NCBI GenBank assembly: GCA_039096225.1
Contig: JBBPEB010000026.1
Span: 62,001 to 126,000 of the forward strand
DNA from: Blastocystis sp. Blastoise
Taxonomy: Eukaryota; Protista; Bigyra: Opalinata
Length of the DNA stretch: 64,000 nt
Direction: 5' to 3'
Shown: one piece after another, positions 1 to 19,591 of the stretch
Layout of the letters: every line of letters begins with the position of its first letter
Numbering within the stretch: position 1 is the first letter of the stretch
Notes under the pieces: model-generated
What the model saw: the letters and a program-made list of their open reading frames with translations, nothing else
Databases searched by the model: none
Told to the model about the DNA's origin: nothing
Translations under genes and position numbers: made by a program

Positions 1-3000
1 CCTGCTATGAACACACCTTCTTCTACTTCTACTATATCTTTATATAAACAATTCTTTGAAGTTAATGATCTTGATAATTATAAATCTATTGATATACGTC
101 TAAAAGCACGTGCTGGATTTATTATTTATATAAATGAACAAGAAGTTTATAGAGCTAATCTTCCTTCTACTACAATTACTACGTCTACTGTTCCTACATA
201 TTCAAAAACTAGAGCTTATATCTTTATAACAACAATTCTTATTAGTTCATTACATAGTGGCACAAATTCAATTTCTATTTTAACATTAAATAAAGCTAAT
301 TCAAATCCTTCTAAACTTGAATTTGATTGTATAGTATCTCTTACTAGTTCAAATGTTAATGAAATTCCTAATTATCAATCTGTTTCTTTAACTGATTATG
401 ATAATAATGATTTATATGCTGCTATTGATTATAATTATGATACCTCTTTCTTTGCTTATTCTACTAGTTATGATGGATCACTTGCTCTTATATTTCATTA
501 TAGTGATATCGAAGCTTATTTCCATAATAAATATTGTTTTGTTTCTTCTTCTGATAATCCTCAAGATAATGATCCATATACATGGACAGTATATGGTAGT
601 ACAACAGAAGAACCTCAAGATGAACTACATCGTGTTGATGAATATGAATTTATAGGTAGAGGAAAAAAGAAATGTTGGTATATGACAAGTCATACTACTA
701 TTTATCCTTATTATATTTTTGTTTTAGAATTTCCTTATGGATTAACTGCTTATGAATTTAGTCTTTCTCAAATTGAATTATTAGTAGAAAATCCTTCTAC
801 TTTAGTTTTACCTCCTCTTTCTTATTCTCCTAATCCTGTTAATGCTTTTATTGATTCTACATTTCCTACATTAACTATTAATGATCCTCTCTATGAATCA
901 TTTACTATTACTCCTTCTCTTCCTACTGGACTTACTTTTGATAAAAATACTGGTTTAATTTCTGGTAGTACATCTATTCCACAATCTAGAAAGATCTATA
1001 CAATTACTGCTTTATCTCCTCTTGGTACTACTTCTTTAACTAGATTATCTATTACTATTATTGGTTGTGATTTCCCTAGTACTCGTCTTTCTATTATTAT
1101 TTCTACAGATTCTTTTGGAAATGAACAAGGATTTATATTAAAATCAATTACAAATGAAATTATTGATGAACATACTTCATTTCCACTTAGTACTTCTGTT
1201 TCTTATACTTATTGTTTAGAATCAAATACATATATATTTATAGCTCTTGATTCTGCTAAGAATGGATGGGGTATATCTACTTCTTATTCTCTTTTATTAG
1301 CAGATAATTCTATTATCTCTAAAGGTATTGTTGGAAAAGATTATGAAGAAAAACAAGTTATATTAGATTTTAATTATATGATTCATCCTATTAATAGTTA
1401 TTGGAAATATTGGAGTGAAATGAGTGTACCTTCTGATAGTTGGAATACTATTTCTTTTAATGATGATTCTTGGGATACAGTCATGTTATCTTCTATTAGT
1501 AGAGGTATTAGTATTAGTAAATTCTTAAGAGGATCTTTCTTTTTTGATAAATCTAAATCTTTTATAGGTATTGAAATAACAATTAAAAGTAAAATTGGTA
1601 TTGCTGCTTATTTAAATGGTAATATAATTATTAATAGAAATCTACCTACAAATTTTGTAGCTAGTTCATTAGCACTTCAAGAATATTCTATGGATCAAGT
1701 TTATTCATTAATATTATTTATGAATGATACTCAACTTATTGATGGTAATAATCTATTAGCTATTCAAGTTCATCGAAAAAGTTTAACGAATACAGCTAGT
1801 TTTCTATTTACATCACAAGTTCTCTATATTAGTGAAGGTATGAGTAGAATGAAAGAAGGTAATATTATTATGGATATGGATATATCATCTGAAAATATGA
1901 ATTTATTAATAGATAGTAATACAGATACTGTTCTTATTACAGGTCCTCGTTGTATTGGAGCTATTTATGGATATCAATTTAATAATGAAAATCGTGATTA
2001 TATTACTAGTTATTCTATTACTTCAGGTCGTACATGTAATACTAGAACTCCTTCTTCTTGGGTTATAGAAGCTTCTAATGATGATATTACTTGGACTACT
2101 CTTTCTACAGTTACTGAAGGATTCTTTACTAATCCTAGTGAAACTCATAACTATAATTTCGTTAATAACCAATTATATAATCATTATCAACTTCGTGTTA
2201 CTGCTTGTAATAATACTGCATTCTCTACAGATTTTAATCAACAATGTTTATTTGAAGATAGTGAAAATGAAGTAGGTAGTCAATTAGCTGAATTAGATTT
2301 CTACTCCAAAACTATTCTTCCTGGTTGTTTTACTCCTGATGGTTTACAACAACTATTCGAAGGAGAAATCTATGATAAAGGATGCCCTACTTTTATGGAA
2401 GGAACACTTAAATATATATGTCATAATAGTATATTAGAAATGTATGAATTCAGTTGTATTACTCCTACTAGTACTCCCACTGAAGAACCTACTGAAATAC
2501 CTACTAGTATTCCTACTGAAGAACCTACTAGTGTTCCTACAGAAGAACCTACTAGTGCTCCTACTGAAGAACCTACTGAAGAGCCTACTAGTATTCCTAC
2601 TGAAATACCCACTAGTGCTCCTACGTCTATACCTACTTCTGTACCTACTGAAGAGCCAACTGAAGAACCTACTGAAATACCCACTAGTATTCCTACTTCT
2701 ATTCCTACTTCTGTACCTACTGAAGAGCCAACTGAAGAACCAACTGAAATACCTACTGAAGAACCTACTAGTACTCCTACATTAGAACCTACTTCTATTC
2801 CTACTGAGGAGCCTACATTAGAACCTACTTCTATACCTACAGAAGAGCCTACAGAAATACCTACTAGTACTCCTACTGAAATACCTACTTCTATTCCTAC
2901 TTCTATTCCTACTTCTGTACCTACTGAAATACCTACTAGTATTCCTACTGAAGAACCTACTGAAGAGCCTACTGAAATACCTACTAGTATACCTACTGAA

Positions 3001-6000
3001 GAACCTACAGAATTACCTACTGAAGAACCTACTGAAATACCTACTAGTGTTCCTACTGAAATACCTACTAGTATTCCTACGTCTATACCTACTTCTATTC
3101 CTACTGAAGAACCTACAGAAGAACCTACTTCTATTCCTACATCTATACCTACAGAAGAACCTACTAGTATTCCTACTGAAGAACCTACAAGTATTCCTAC
3201 ATCTATACCTACAGAAGAACCTACTTCTATTCCTACTGAAGAACCTACTGAAATACCTACTAGTATTCCTACTGAAATACCTACTAGTATTCCTACTGAA
3301 ATACCTACTAGTATACCTACTGAAGAACCTACAGAATTACCTACTGAAGAACCTACTGAAATACCTACTAGTGTTCCTACTGAAATACCTACAAGTATTC
3401 CTACGTCTATACCTACTTCTATTCCTACTGAAGAACCTACAGAAGAACCTACTTCTATTCCTACATCTATACCTACAGAAGAACCTACTAGTATTCCTAC
3501 TGAAGAACCTACAAGTATTCCTACATCTATACCTACAGAAGAACCTACTTCTATTCCTACTGAAGAACCTACTGAAATACCTACTAGTATTCCTACTGAA
3601 ATACCTACTAGTATTCCTACTGAAATACCTACTAGTATACCTACTGAAGAACCTACAGAATTACCTACTGAAGAACCTACTGAAATACCTACTAGTGTTC
3701 CTACTGAAATACCTACAAGTATTCCTACGTCTATACCTACTTCTATTCCTACTGAAGAACCTACAGAAGAACCTACTTCTATTCCTACATCTATACCTAC
3801 AGAAGAACCTACTAGTATTCCTACTGAAGAACCTACAAGTATTCCTACATCTATACCTACAGAAGAACCTACTTCTATTCCTACTGAAGAACCTACTGAA
3901 ATACCTACTAGTATTCCTACTGAAATACCTACTAGTATTCCTACTGAAATACCTACTAGTATTCCTACTGAAATACCTACTGAAGAACCTACAGAATTAC
4001 CTACTGAAGAACCTACTTCTATTCCTACTGAGGAGCCTACATTACAACCTACTTCTATACCAACAGAAGAGCCTACAGAAGAACCTACAGAAGAACCTAC
4101 TTCTATTCCTACTGTAGAACCTACGTCTATACCTACTGAAGAACCTACTGATGAACCTACTTCTATTCCTACAGAAATACCTACTAGTACTCCTACAGAA
4201 ATACCTACTGAAGAGCCAACTGAATATCCAACTTATGAGCCAACTTATGAACCAACAGAAGAACCTACTGAAAAACCTACTTATGAACCTACTAGTGCTC
4301 CTACATCTATTCCTACTGAAGAACCCACCAGTACTCCTACTGAGAATCCTACTGAGTATCCTACTGAGTATCCTACTGAAGAGCCTACTAGTATACCTAC
4401 TTCACTACCTACTAGTGCTCCTACTGAAGAACCTACAACAGTACCAACTTCTATTCCTACTGAAGAACCTACTAGTATTCCTACTGAAATACCAACTAGT
4501 ATTCCTACATCTATTCCTACTGAAGAACCTACCAGTACTCCTACTTATGAACCTACTGAGTATCCTACTGAAGAGCCTACTAGTGCTCCTACTGAAGAAC
4601 CTACTGAGTATCCTACTTATGAACCTACTGAGTATCCTACTTCTATACCTACTTTTGTACCCACAGAATTACCAACTTCTATTCCTACTGAAGAGCCAAC
4701 TGAATTACCTACTGAAGAGCCAAGTGAAGAACCAACTAGTATACCTACTGAAGAGCCAACTGAAGAACCAACTAGTATACCTACTGAAGAACCTACTGAA
4801 ATACCTACTAGTATTCCTACAGAAGAACCTACTTCTATTCCTACAGAAGAACCTACTAGTGCTCCTACTGAAGAACCTACAACAGTACCTACTTCTATTC
4901 CTACTGAAAAACCCACTAGTATTCCTACTGAAAAACCTACTGAAATACCTACTGAAAAGCCTACTTCGTCTCCTACTGAAAAACCAACTAGTATACCTAC
5001 TGCTGCTCCAACTGAAGAACCTACAACTATTCCTACATCTATACCTACAACTATTCCTACATCTATACCTACTAGTATACCTACTGATATACCTACAGAA
5101 GAACCTACTTCTATACCTACATCTATACCTACATCTATACCCACAGAAGAACCTACTAGTACTCCTACAGAAATACCTACTGATATACCTACTGAAGAAC
5201 CTACATCTATACCAACTGAAGAACCTACATCTATTCCTACTTCTATACCCACAGAAATACCAACTGATTCTCCTACTTCTATTCCTACTGATGAACCTAC
5301 TGATGAACCTACATCTATTCCTACAGAAGAACCTACAAGTGTTCCCACTGAAACACCTACTGAATATCCTACTGAGGAACCAACTGAGGAACCAACTGAA
5401 TATCCAACTGAATATCCAACTGAAATACCTACATCTATACCAACTGAAGAGCCTACTAGTATTCCAACTGAAACACCTACATCTATACCTACAGAATTAC
5501 CTACAAGTGCTCCCACATTTGCTCCTACAGAAGAACCTACAGAAATACCTACTGAGGAACCTACTAATATTCCTACTAGTATTCCTACTGAAGAACCTAC
5601 TGAAGAACCAACTAGTATACCTACTAGTATACCTACAGAAATACCTACTAAAATACCTACTGAAATACCTACTAGTATTCCTACAAGTGTTCCTACAGAA
5701 GAACCTACAGAAATACCTACTTCAATTCCAACCAGTATACCTACTTCTATTCCTACTGAGAAACCAACTGAAGTACCAACAAGTATTCCTACTATAGAAC
5801 CTACAGAAGAACCTACAATGTTTCCTACTTCTTCTCCTACTAGTATTCCTACTGAAGAACCTACTGAAATACCTACTGAAATACCTACAAGTATTCCTAC
5901 AAGTATTCCTACAGAAGAGCCTACAAGTATTCCTACAAGTATTCCTACAGAAGAACCTACTTCTATTCCTACTGAAGAACCTACTGAAATACCTACAGAA

Positions 6001-9000
6001 ATACCTACACAAGAACCTTCTTCTATTCCTACAGAAGAGCCTACAAGTATTCCTACAAGTATTCCTACAGAAGAACCTACTTCTATACCTACAGAAGAGC
6101 CTACTAGTATTCCTACTCAGTATCCTACTGAAGAACCAACTGTAATACCTACTACTATGCCTACTAGTATTCCTACTGAAATACCTACACAAGAACCTAC
6201 TGAAATACCTACCGAAGGACCTACAAGTACTCCTACTGAGTATCCAACTGAAGAACCTACTAGTGTTCCTACTAGTGTTCCAACTGAGTATCCTACAGAA
6301 AAACCTACTAGTGTTCCTACTTCTATTCCTACAAGTATTCCTACAAGTATTCCTACAAGTATACCTACAGAAGAGCCTACTGAAGAGCCTACTAGTATTC
6401 CTACAGAAGAGCCTACTACAATTCCATCTGAAGAACCTACTAATATCCCTACAGAAATACCTACTGAAGAACCTACTAGTTCTCCTACTAGTATACCTAC
6501 TTCTGTACCTACTTCTGTACCTACTAGTATACCTACTGAAGAACCTACTGAAATGCCTACTTCTTTACCAACAGAAGAACCAACTTCTATTCCTACTGAA
6601 TATCCTACTGAAGAACCTACAAATGTTCCTACTGAAATACCAACTTCTGTACCTACTGAAGAACCTACTTCTATGCCTACAGAAGAACCTACTGAAGAAC
6701 CTACTAAAGAACCTACTTCTGTACCTACAAGTATTCCTACAGAGATACCAACTAGTATACCTACTTCTGCTCCTACTGAAGTACCAACAAGTATTCCTAC
6801 TGAAGAACCAACAGTAATACCTACTATTATGCCTACTAGTATTCCTACTGTAATACCTACTGAAGAACCTACTGAAGTACCTACTGAAATACCTACTAGT
6901 GTTCCTACTGAAGAACCTACAAATATTCCTACTGAAATACCTACTAGTATTCCTACTGAAATACCTACTAGTATTCCTACTGAAATACCTACTGAAGAAC
7001 CTACTGAAATACCTACTGAAGAACCTACTAGTATTCCTACTGAAGAACCTACTAGTATTCCTACTGAAGAACCTACAAATATTCCTACTGAAATACCTAC
7101 TGAAGAACCTACTGAAATACCCACGGAAGAACCTACTAGTATTCCTACTGAAGAGCCTACAAGTATTCCTACTGAAGAGCCTACTGAAATACCCACGGAA
7201 GAACCTACTAGTATACCTACTGAAGAACCAACGGAAGAGCCTACTTCTGTTCCTACCAGCATTCCAACAGAAGAACCTACAGTATCTCCTACTTCTGTTC
7301 CTACTGAAGAACCAACAGAAACACCAACTGAGGAACCAACTGAATATCCTACTGAAGAACCTACTGAATATCCTACTGAAAAACCAACTTCTGTTCCTAC
7401 TGAAGAACCTACTTCTTTACCCACAGAAGAACCTACTAATAAACCAACAGAAGAACCTACTGAAATACCTACAAGTTCTCCAACTGAATATCCTACAGAA
7501 GAACCTACAGAAGAACCTACTTCTATTCCAACTGAAGAACCTACTAGTATTCCTACTGATATACCTACTGAAAAACCTACTTCTATTCCTACAGAAGAAC
7601 CTACTGAAGAACCTACTTCTATTCCTACTAGCATACCTACAAGTATTCCTACAAGTGTTCCTACAGAAGAACCTACTAATGTTCCTACTTCTATTCCTAC
7701 TTCTATTCCTACTTCTATTCCTACTTCTATTCCTACTTCTATTCCTACTTCTATTCCTACTGAAATACCTACAGAAACACCCACTGAAGAACCTACTAAT
7801 ATTCCTACTGCTTTACCTACGGGTAAACCTACATCTATTCCAACTGAAGAACCTACTTCTGTTCCTACAAGCATTCCAACTGAAGAACCTACAGAAATAC
7901 CAACTTATATTCCTACCGTAGAACCTACTGAATATCCTACTGAAGAACCAACTGAATATCCTACTGAAGAACCAACTGAATATCCTACTGAGGAACCAAC
8001 AGAAATACCTACTTCTATTCCTACTGAAGAACCTACTTCTGTTCCTACTGAAATACCCACTTCTATTCCTACTTCTTCTCCTACAAGTATACCAACTGAA
8101 GAACCAACTGAAATGCCTACTTCTTTACCAACAGAAGAACCTACAATTACTCCTACTAGTGTTCCTACTTCTATTCCTACTAGTATTCCAACTGAAGAAC
8201 CTACTGAGTATCCTACATCAACACCTACTACTTCTCCTACTGAAATACCAACTTCTGTACCTACTGATGAACCTACTGAAATACCAACAGAAGAACCTAC
8301 TGAAGAACCTACTGAAATACCAACAGAAGAACCTACTGAAGAACCTACTGAAGAACCTACTGAGGAGCCTACTAATGCTCCAACTGATATACCTACTGAG
8401 GAACCTACTGAATATCCTACTGAATATCCTACAGAAGAGCCAACAGAAGAGCCTACTTCTGTACCTACTGAAGAGCCAACTAGTTCTCCTACCAGTTCTC
8501 CTACTAGTATTCCTACTAGTATTCCTACTGAAGAACCTACTAGTATACCTACTTCTGAACCTACTTCTATTCCTACTTCTGTACCTACAGAAGAGCCAAC
8601 CAATATTCCTACTAGTATACCTACTGAAGAACCAACTGAAATACCTACTAGTATTCCTACTGAAAGACCAACTAGTGTTCCTACTGAAGAACCTACTAGT
8701 GTTCCTACTGAAGAACCTACTAGTGTTCCTACTGAAATACCTACTGAATATCCTACAGAAGAACCTACTTCTGCTCCTACTGAAGAACCTTCTGAAGAGC
8801 CTACTGAAGAGCCTACTTCTATACCTACTAGTATACCTACTGAAATGCCTACTTCTCTACCTACCGAAGAACCTACTTCTGAGCCTACTTCTATTCCTAC
8901 AGAAGAACCTACAGAAGAGCCAACTGGTTCTCCTACTAGTATACCTACTGAACAACCTACTGAAATACCTACTAGTATTCCTACTAGTATTCCTACTGTA

Positions 9001-11161
9001 GAACCTACTAGTACTCCTACTGTAGAACCTACTGAATATCCTACTGAATATCCTACAGAAGAACCTACTGAAGAACCTACAGAAGAACCTACTGAAGAAC
9101 CTACAGAAAAGCCAACTAGTGTTCCTACTAGTATTCCTACTTCTGCTCCTACTGAAGAACCTACTGAAGAGCCTACTTCTATACCTACGTCTATACCTAC
9201 GTCTATACCTACTAGTATACCTACAGAAGAACCAACTGAATATCCTACTGAAGAGCCTACTGTAGATCCAACTATTTTCCCTACAGAAGAACCAACTGAA
9301 TATCCTACTGAAGAACCTACTAGTATACCTACAGAAGAACCTACTAGTATACCTACTGAAGAACCTACTTCTATTCCTACTGAAGAACCTACTGAAGTAC
9401 CTACTGAAGAACCTACTAGTATACCTACTAGTATACCTACTTATGAACCTACAGAAGAACCTACTAGTATTCCAACAGAAGAACCTACTAGTATACCTAC
9501 TTATGAACCTACAGAAGAACCTACTTCTACTCCTACAGAAGAACCTACTTCTATTCCTACTAGTATACCTACTTCTACTCCTACAGAGCAACCAACAGAG
9601 CACCCCACTTCTATTCCTACTGAAAAGCCTAAACCAATTAATAATTGTTTTGGTATATTTTATTATAATACAACAATAGGAGATTGTACTATATGTAATC
9701 ATGGATATACAGAAAATAGTCTATTAGGTAATATTAATTGTACTATATGTTCTTCAAGTGAATATATATATCAAAATCAATGTATGCAGAATAATATATG
9801 TCCTCCTGAAGAAGAAGAAGGATATATATGGAGTCAAACTTTAGCTGGATATAGTCATACTGTTGCTTGTAATAATGATCTTGATGGATATATAAGTAGA
9901 AAATGTATATTAGATACAGATGGTATAGCTGTTTGGGATATTGTAGATACTTCTTCTTGTAGTATATATATTATATTATTATTATATTATTATTATATTA
10001 TTATTTTATTATTATGTTTATTATTTTATTATTATTTTATTATTATGTTTATTATTTTATTATTATATTATAAATTTATAGAAGCAAAAGAAACACGAGA
10101 AGGTCATCATTATTATTATTTTGATCTTTTATTATTTAATATTCCTTCGTATATATTGGATGAAACTTTTGAATATTATTATTTACGGGGATTCCTCAAA
10201 ACATTCGGAGATCAACTTGGAGAACTTTCTATTTTTGTTGAACGTAGTTATCCTGAAGATGTATATATATATATATATATATTATTATATATTCATTATT
10301 ATATAAAAATAATTATATATTTATTATTATATATATTATTATATTGATTATTATATTGATTATTATATAATATATTAATATTATATATCAAAATTACAAC
10401 ATAAACAGTTTTTAATTTTCTATTTTTATCTTTAGTCTTCGAATTCTATAAGAATTCATCATCAATTTTCTTCAAATTTAATATCAAAACAAGATATTCA
10501 TTTCTTATTATATAATAATGTTACAAGTTTACAATCGAATCTTCATTTTATACAACCTATTCTTTTCCATGAATATATATCTTTTTCATTTATTTTAAAT
10601 CCAAAAGAACGTCAATATGATCAATATTGTTATATAAATGATTTAAATCAACATGTATTAATAAATGAAAATGCATTTTTAACATGTCCTTCTCCTTATA
10701 TAGGATATCAAACACAATTATGTAGTCAATTAGGATTTCATAGTACATTAAAACCACGATTATTTAATAGTTGTTTACAAGCTATTCCTGATGATAATTT
10801 AGCATATATTGATGTTACTCTACGTCTTCAAAATATATATATAGGTCAAATGTATTGTGGTATAAGAAAAGCAATGTATGGACAAATTATTCAATCTTTA
10901 GATAGTATATTATATGATTTATATATTCATACTTATAATTATGTTAATATTAATGATGCCGACAATGTTGATATTATGTTCCGTGTTACTATTCCTGCTG
11001 ATGACGCACCTATAACATTAGTCCAATTAAAATCATCTCTTCAAAAGAATGGCCAATTAGCTTTATATCTACAACATATGTATGGTCTTATTCCAGATAA
11101 TATATATGTATTAACAAGTGATATTATATATCGTCAAAAGAGACGTCTTAGAGGAATATAA
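1..11161 (+). CDS. Giant mucin-like surface/secreted protein, 5'-partial: galactose-binding/F5-8C-like and He_PIG Ig-like domains, ~2,390-aa PTxx stalk, Cys-rich HRM-like and SEA-like C-terminal modules, ending RRLRGI
   Basis: Frame is open from base 1. Ig-like motif ITPSLPTGLTFDKNTGLISG; F5/8C-like motif PSSWVIEASNDDITWTTL. Removing GT-AG introns ~9962-10081 and 10261-10435 joins the 3446-aa ORF to the last exon, which ends TAA at 11161. HRM-like CPPEEEEGYIWSQTLAG...C...GYISRKC...W. Confidence 0.85.
2464..9630 (+). repeat. Coding tandem repeat: ~600 x 12-bp units encoding PT(EE/SI/EI/SV/EY)
   Basis: Directly visible CCT-ACT-NNN-NNN periodicity across the region. Confidence 0.97.
3001..3985 (+). 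repeat. Higher-order 324-bp (108-aa) near-perfect repeat, 3 copies, inside the PTxx array
   Basis: The marker gaacctacagaattacctac recurs at 3001, 3325, 3649 and ~3985, with near-identical sequence between occurrences. Confidence 0.9.
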
Positions 11162-11364
11162 TACGAATTATTTATATATTTTTATTTAATATATATATAT
11201 ATATTAAAATTCATATATTGATAATAACTTTATTCTTTTATATATAAATTATATATTAATAAATAGAATATATTATAATTTTGCTTTTTTTTAATTTCTA
11301 TTTTATTCCTTTTTTATTTATTTAAAATATTTATAATTTTTTCCTTTTTTATGTCTGAATCATT

Positions 11365-11400
<36 letters not shown>

Positions 11401-12384
11401 TATACTTTTATTTTTTTGACCTATATATATAAATATATATATATATTTGTGTACTTTTATATAATAGTCAGTTCTGTTACTTATATATATATAACTAAAA
11501 TATATATATAATTCTTAATACATTATTATATGTATTCCTTGTTTATCTTTCATCGTCTTTATGCTTATTTATGTATTTATTTATTTTTTTATAAATATAG
11601 AAATATATATTTTCAGGCTTTTCTTATTATATCAATTAATTATTATCAATTTTAAATATAAGTCTCTCTTTTAAACTTCTCCTTTTTCCTTGTCTTTTTG
11701 ATGTCCATTCTAATTTATTTTATTTATTTTTAAATTAAATATATATATTTATTATTTTAATGATTCATTTATAATTAAATCTATAGATATTATATAATAT
11801 ATATATTTATCTAAATTTATAACTTATTTAAATCAACTAATTATGTTTTATTTCTTTTTTAATAACAATGATATGTATATATTATAATTTAGTTTTAAAT
11901 ATATGGATGATTTACCTGCAAACAGAAACAACTATAATTTTTAAAAATAATAACAACAATATTATTTAATAATAGAATCAAAACAATGAATAAATCTATT
12001 CACTACATGTATATAAGTAAAATGGATATAACAAAAGAATTAAAAATAAAATGTTCAATAAATCACAAACATATGAAGATATGATATATTTAAGTATTTA
12101 TAAAATATCTTGTTAAAAAAAAAAGTATACCAAATGAAATGACAAACAAAAGAGACATAAATGTTTTAGATAATCAAAAAAAACAAAAGAAGAAGAGAGA
12201 AGATAAACACATGTTAACATATATATAATAAATCAAAATTGAAAAAAAAATTTATAAATAAAAAGTAAAAAAAAATAAAAATAGAAGAAATAAGAGAGTA
12301 TTGAAGTTTTATATTATATATGTATATGTAACTAAAAGATGAAAAATATATTGATATAATAAATAGAATAAATGTATATTGATA

Positions 12385-14423
12385 TTAAGAATGATTCTTT
12401 AAATATTGATATTTGCATCGATAACTTAATGAATTTTGTTTTATATATTGAATATAAGAGGGAGTAGAAGTAGGTTCAATAGAATAATGATTGTGTTTTT
12501 GGGATACCTAAATAATATAAAGAAATACTATTATTATAGATAAAAGAAGAATATAATATATATTAAATAATTATTATCATGTTATTCCTATAATTATTAG
12601 TATATATATATACTTGTAAATTAGCAAAAAGAATATAATTACCATATGCTTGTTCTTCTGAATAGAAATACATAGCGTTATATAATAAATCTTCATTTAT
12701 TTGTTTTTCTTTATAGGATTCATTTCCAAATATATGTATAGCATAAACTAGATTATTAGGTATATATTAGGATAATTTTTAGGATAATTATTATGATTAT
12801 GATAATTATTAAAAACAGAATAGTCAATTGTAAATAAAGAATAATGATAATAATATATAAATATAGTATTATAGTAAAATAATTTTATGTTTATAAATAA
12901 ATAAATTATATACCACTACTAGTTATATCAATTAAATCAATAGATTTCTCTCTAAATAATGAATATTCTAATATATATCCATCAATAAAATATCGACCTA
13001 TTACTATATCTTCAAAAATACTATTTGTAAATGTATATTTAGTACCTAAAAAGACATCCTATATATATATGTTATAAATAGTATAAATATAATAAATTAT
13101 ATAATAAAAAAAATAAATAAATACAATAAATAAAATAATATTATAAATAATATTATAAATAATAATAAATAATAATAATAATAATATACAATAGCATTAG
13201 GATTAGCATATTTTGATTGATGATAACTTCTAATTAATATATTCATATATTCATTATCATTATTAAAAGTTCTATTATAAAAGAAAGTATCAATAACATT
13301 AGATCTAGTTAAAACAATAATAGTTTCTCTTTTTACAATTTGAGATTGTATTCCTTGAAGAATAGATTCTAATACTTGTTCTATATTCATACTTAATAAT
13401 ATATCACAATTCATATATCCATAAAACCAACTATTATAATGAAATTCTAAATTTTGAATTATAGACTTTAATATAGGAACATCAAACTTATTTACTGAAT
13501 CTATATATATATATGTAATTATAATATAATAATAATAATATATAGAATAATAATAACATATAATAATAATATATAATAAAAACATATAATAATAATATAT
13601 AAAAAAAAAACATATAATTATATATAATAATAACATATAATAATAACAAATTATATTATCATTAAAAAACAATATATATTCTATAAATAATATACATGTT
13701 GTTGAATATGTAATATTATAATCTTTGCATTGTTTTATTTGTTTTTCATCATTAGTAAAAATAACAAATTTTATTCGAGTATATTTTTCTATTATACATA
13801 AACTTTTTATTACATATTCTTGTATAAAATTTCTTTCTTCATTTTCCTATTTAATATAATAATAATAATAATAAAAAATATAATCAAAATATATAATTAA
13901 AAATATAATAAAAAATATAATTAAAAACATAATAAATATATACAGTAACAACAAGTGTTAAGCCAATAACTGCAATATATGGATGAGAATTTAACGTATA
14001 ATTCTTATAAAAGTTATCAAACAACTCTTGTTCTGTTTTATTCAGTTCACCATTGCACATAGTCTTTTCATCAAGATTCTTATAAGGATCACCTGCAACG
14101 AAAAAATAAAGCTTCAAAAAAAATGATTTTACACTTTTAGAAATAGAATGAGTAAGTAATGGATCATATCCTTGAATAAGTCTATCTGCTCTATCATTCC
14201 TAATTTGAACATTGATACCTAATTGAGTTTGACTCACATTATACACTGAAAAAAGTTCACGCCTTGTTTTTATTTCCTATATTCAATATAATATTTCTAT
14301 ATAAAGCATTTTTATAAGTTATCATACTCGAAGACCTACAAAATCCACTGGTTTAGAATTGAAAATAGTAATATAAAGAAGTATAGGTATGATAATTAAG
14401 ATATATGTAATAGGTGAAACCAT
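12385..14423 (-). CDS. Type II membrane protein, putative nucleotide-diphospho-sugar (GT-A-like) glycosyltransferase; 7 exons
   Basis: Spliced ORF begins MVSPITYILIIIPILLYITIF (signal-anchor). Motifs FYGYMNCDILL, DIVIGRYFIDG and LIDITSSVYAIH. All introns are GT-AG; stop TAA at 12385. Confidence 0.7.
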
Positions 14424-15094
14424 AGTTGATTTATTTATATATTTATTCCAAGCATTACAAAATCAAGAAAAACCTTTTTAAATTAATGACAAAATCATAG
14501 GACTGAAGCGTACATTTTAAATAATCGCGGTAAATTCCATAGAATAACGCCAAAAATATAATTTGAATAAAATGAATCATGTGGTTTCTCTTATTGGTTT
14601 TATTTTATTGATCCGGTTTATTTCTTTACTGAGTTCCAATAATAATTATATTTAAATGTTTATAGAAAAAAATATAAAGGTATGATCAATTTAAATTTGA
14701 TCTCCAATACAAAGTGATTTCTACAATGTTCAATGATGGTGTTATAATACATATGTAAATATATATAAGATAATCATAAGAATATTTATGATGAGATTTG
14801 GAAATTATTTTTATTTTTACTGACAAAAAAACAATAATTCTTTCAAATTTGAATAGAAACAACGAATGAGACTAACAACAAATATGTCAGAAGGAAGAAT
14901 TAAATATAACCAAGAAAAAAATGTATGAGATTCAATTTATATAAAAATGAGTTATAAAAAAAAGAAAAGAGAACAAATAATATTCAATAATATATTAAGT
15001 ATATAATAAATGGGATATATAGGTAATTTATAGGAAACAGGAAGTTTAATAAATATAAATACATTTATATATATATGAAAAAAAAAATAATGAA

Positions 15095-18988
<3,894 letters not shown>

Positions 18989-19591
18989 GTTTATTTTTGA
19001 ATAAAAGAAATTGTATCGACTTGTATTTTTTTTTCTCTGTAAAAATTTGAATGAATCGAAGTCTATTTAATTATTTTTTATCATAAGAATCACGGTTTTT
19101 CTCAGAATATCACAGGAATTTCTATAATTTCTCTTCAAATCATCAAAAGTGAGTAATTTTTGTTTTTATATAATATATCCATTTTCAATTTAGTAGTTTT
19201 GATTTTTGTTGAATATCACTCAAGTGATTGTGAAATCATATATATGGTAGTAATTTTCCTGATGACTCATTTTAATTACGAAATTGAACTTTAATGTCCT
19301 GATATTTATATGAATAATATGAGAAGTTGAACTGATAGTATAAGCAATGTCATAGTCACAGTAGTTGAAAGAATATCTCAAAATATATATATAATTCTTT
19401 TAAAATAGATTTTATTTGCGTTATCAGTATATATGCAAGTATCGGTATATTTACTATACTAAACAATTTTTAAATATGATAAAAATTTAAATTTTATGCA
19501 AAAGAAATAATATGCAATTGACTAGAAACATAAGAAATATTGAATATTATATATCCATAAACTATTTTTATAATTATTTTTTTATTTTCAT

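Noticed and set aside
2421-9702. Long antisense and alternate-frame ORFs (VGSS..., LLKN..., SRFF...) over the mucin repeat
   Set aside because: Shadow ORFs produced by the 12-bp repeat, which lacks stops in the other frames.
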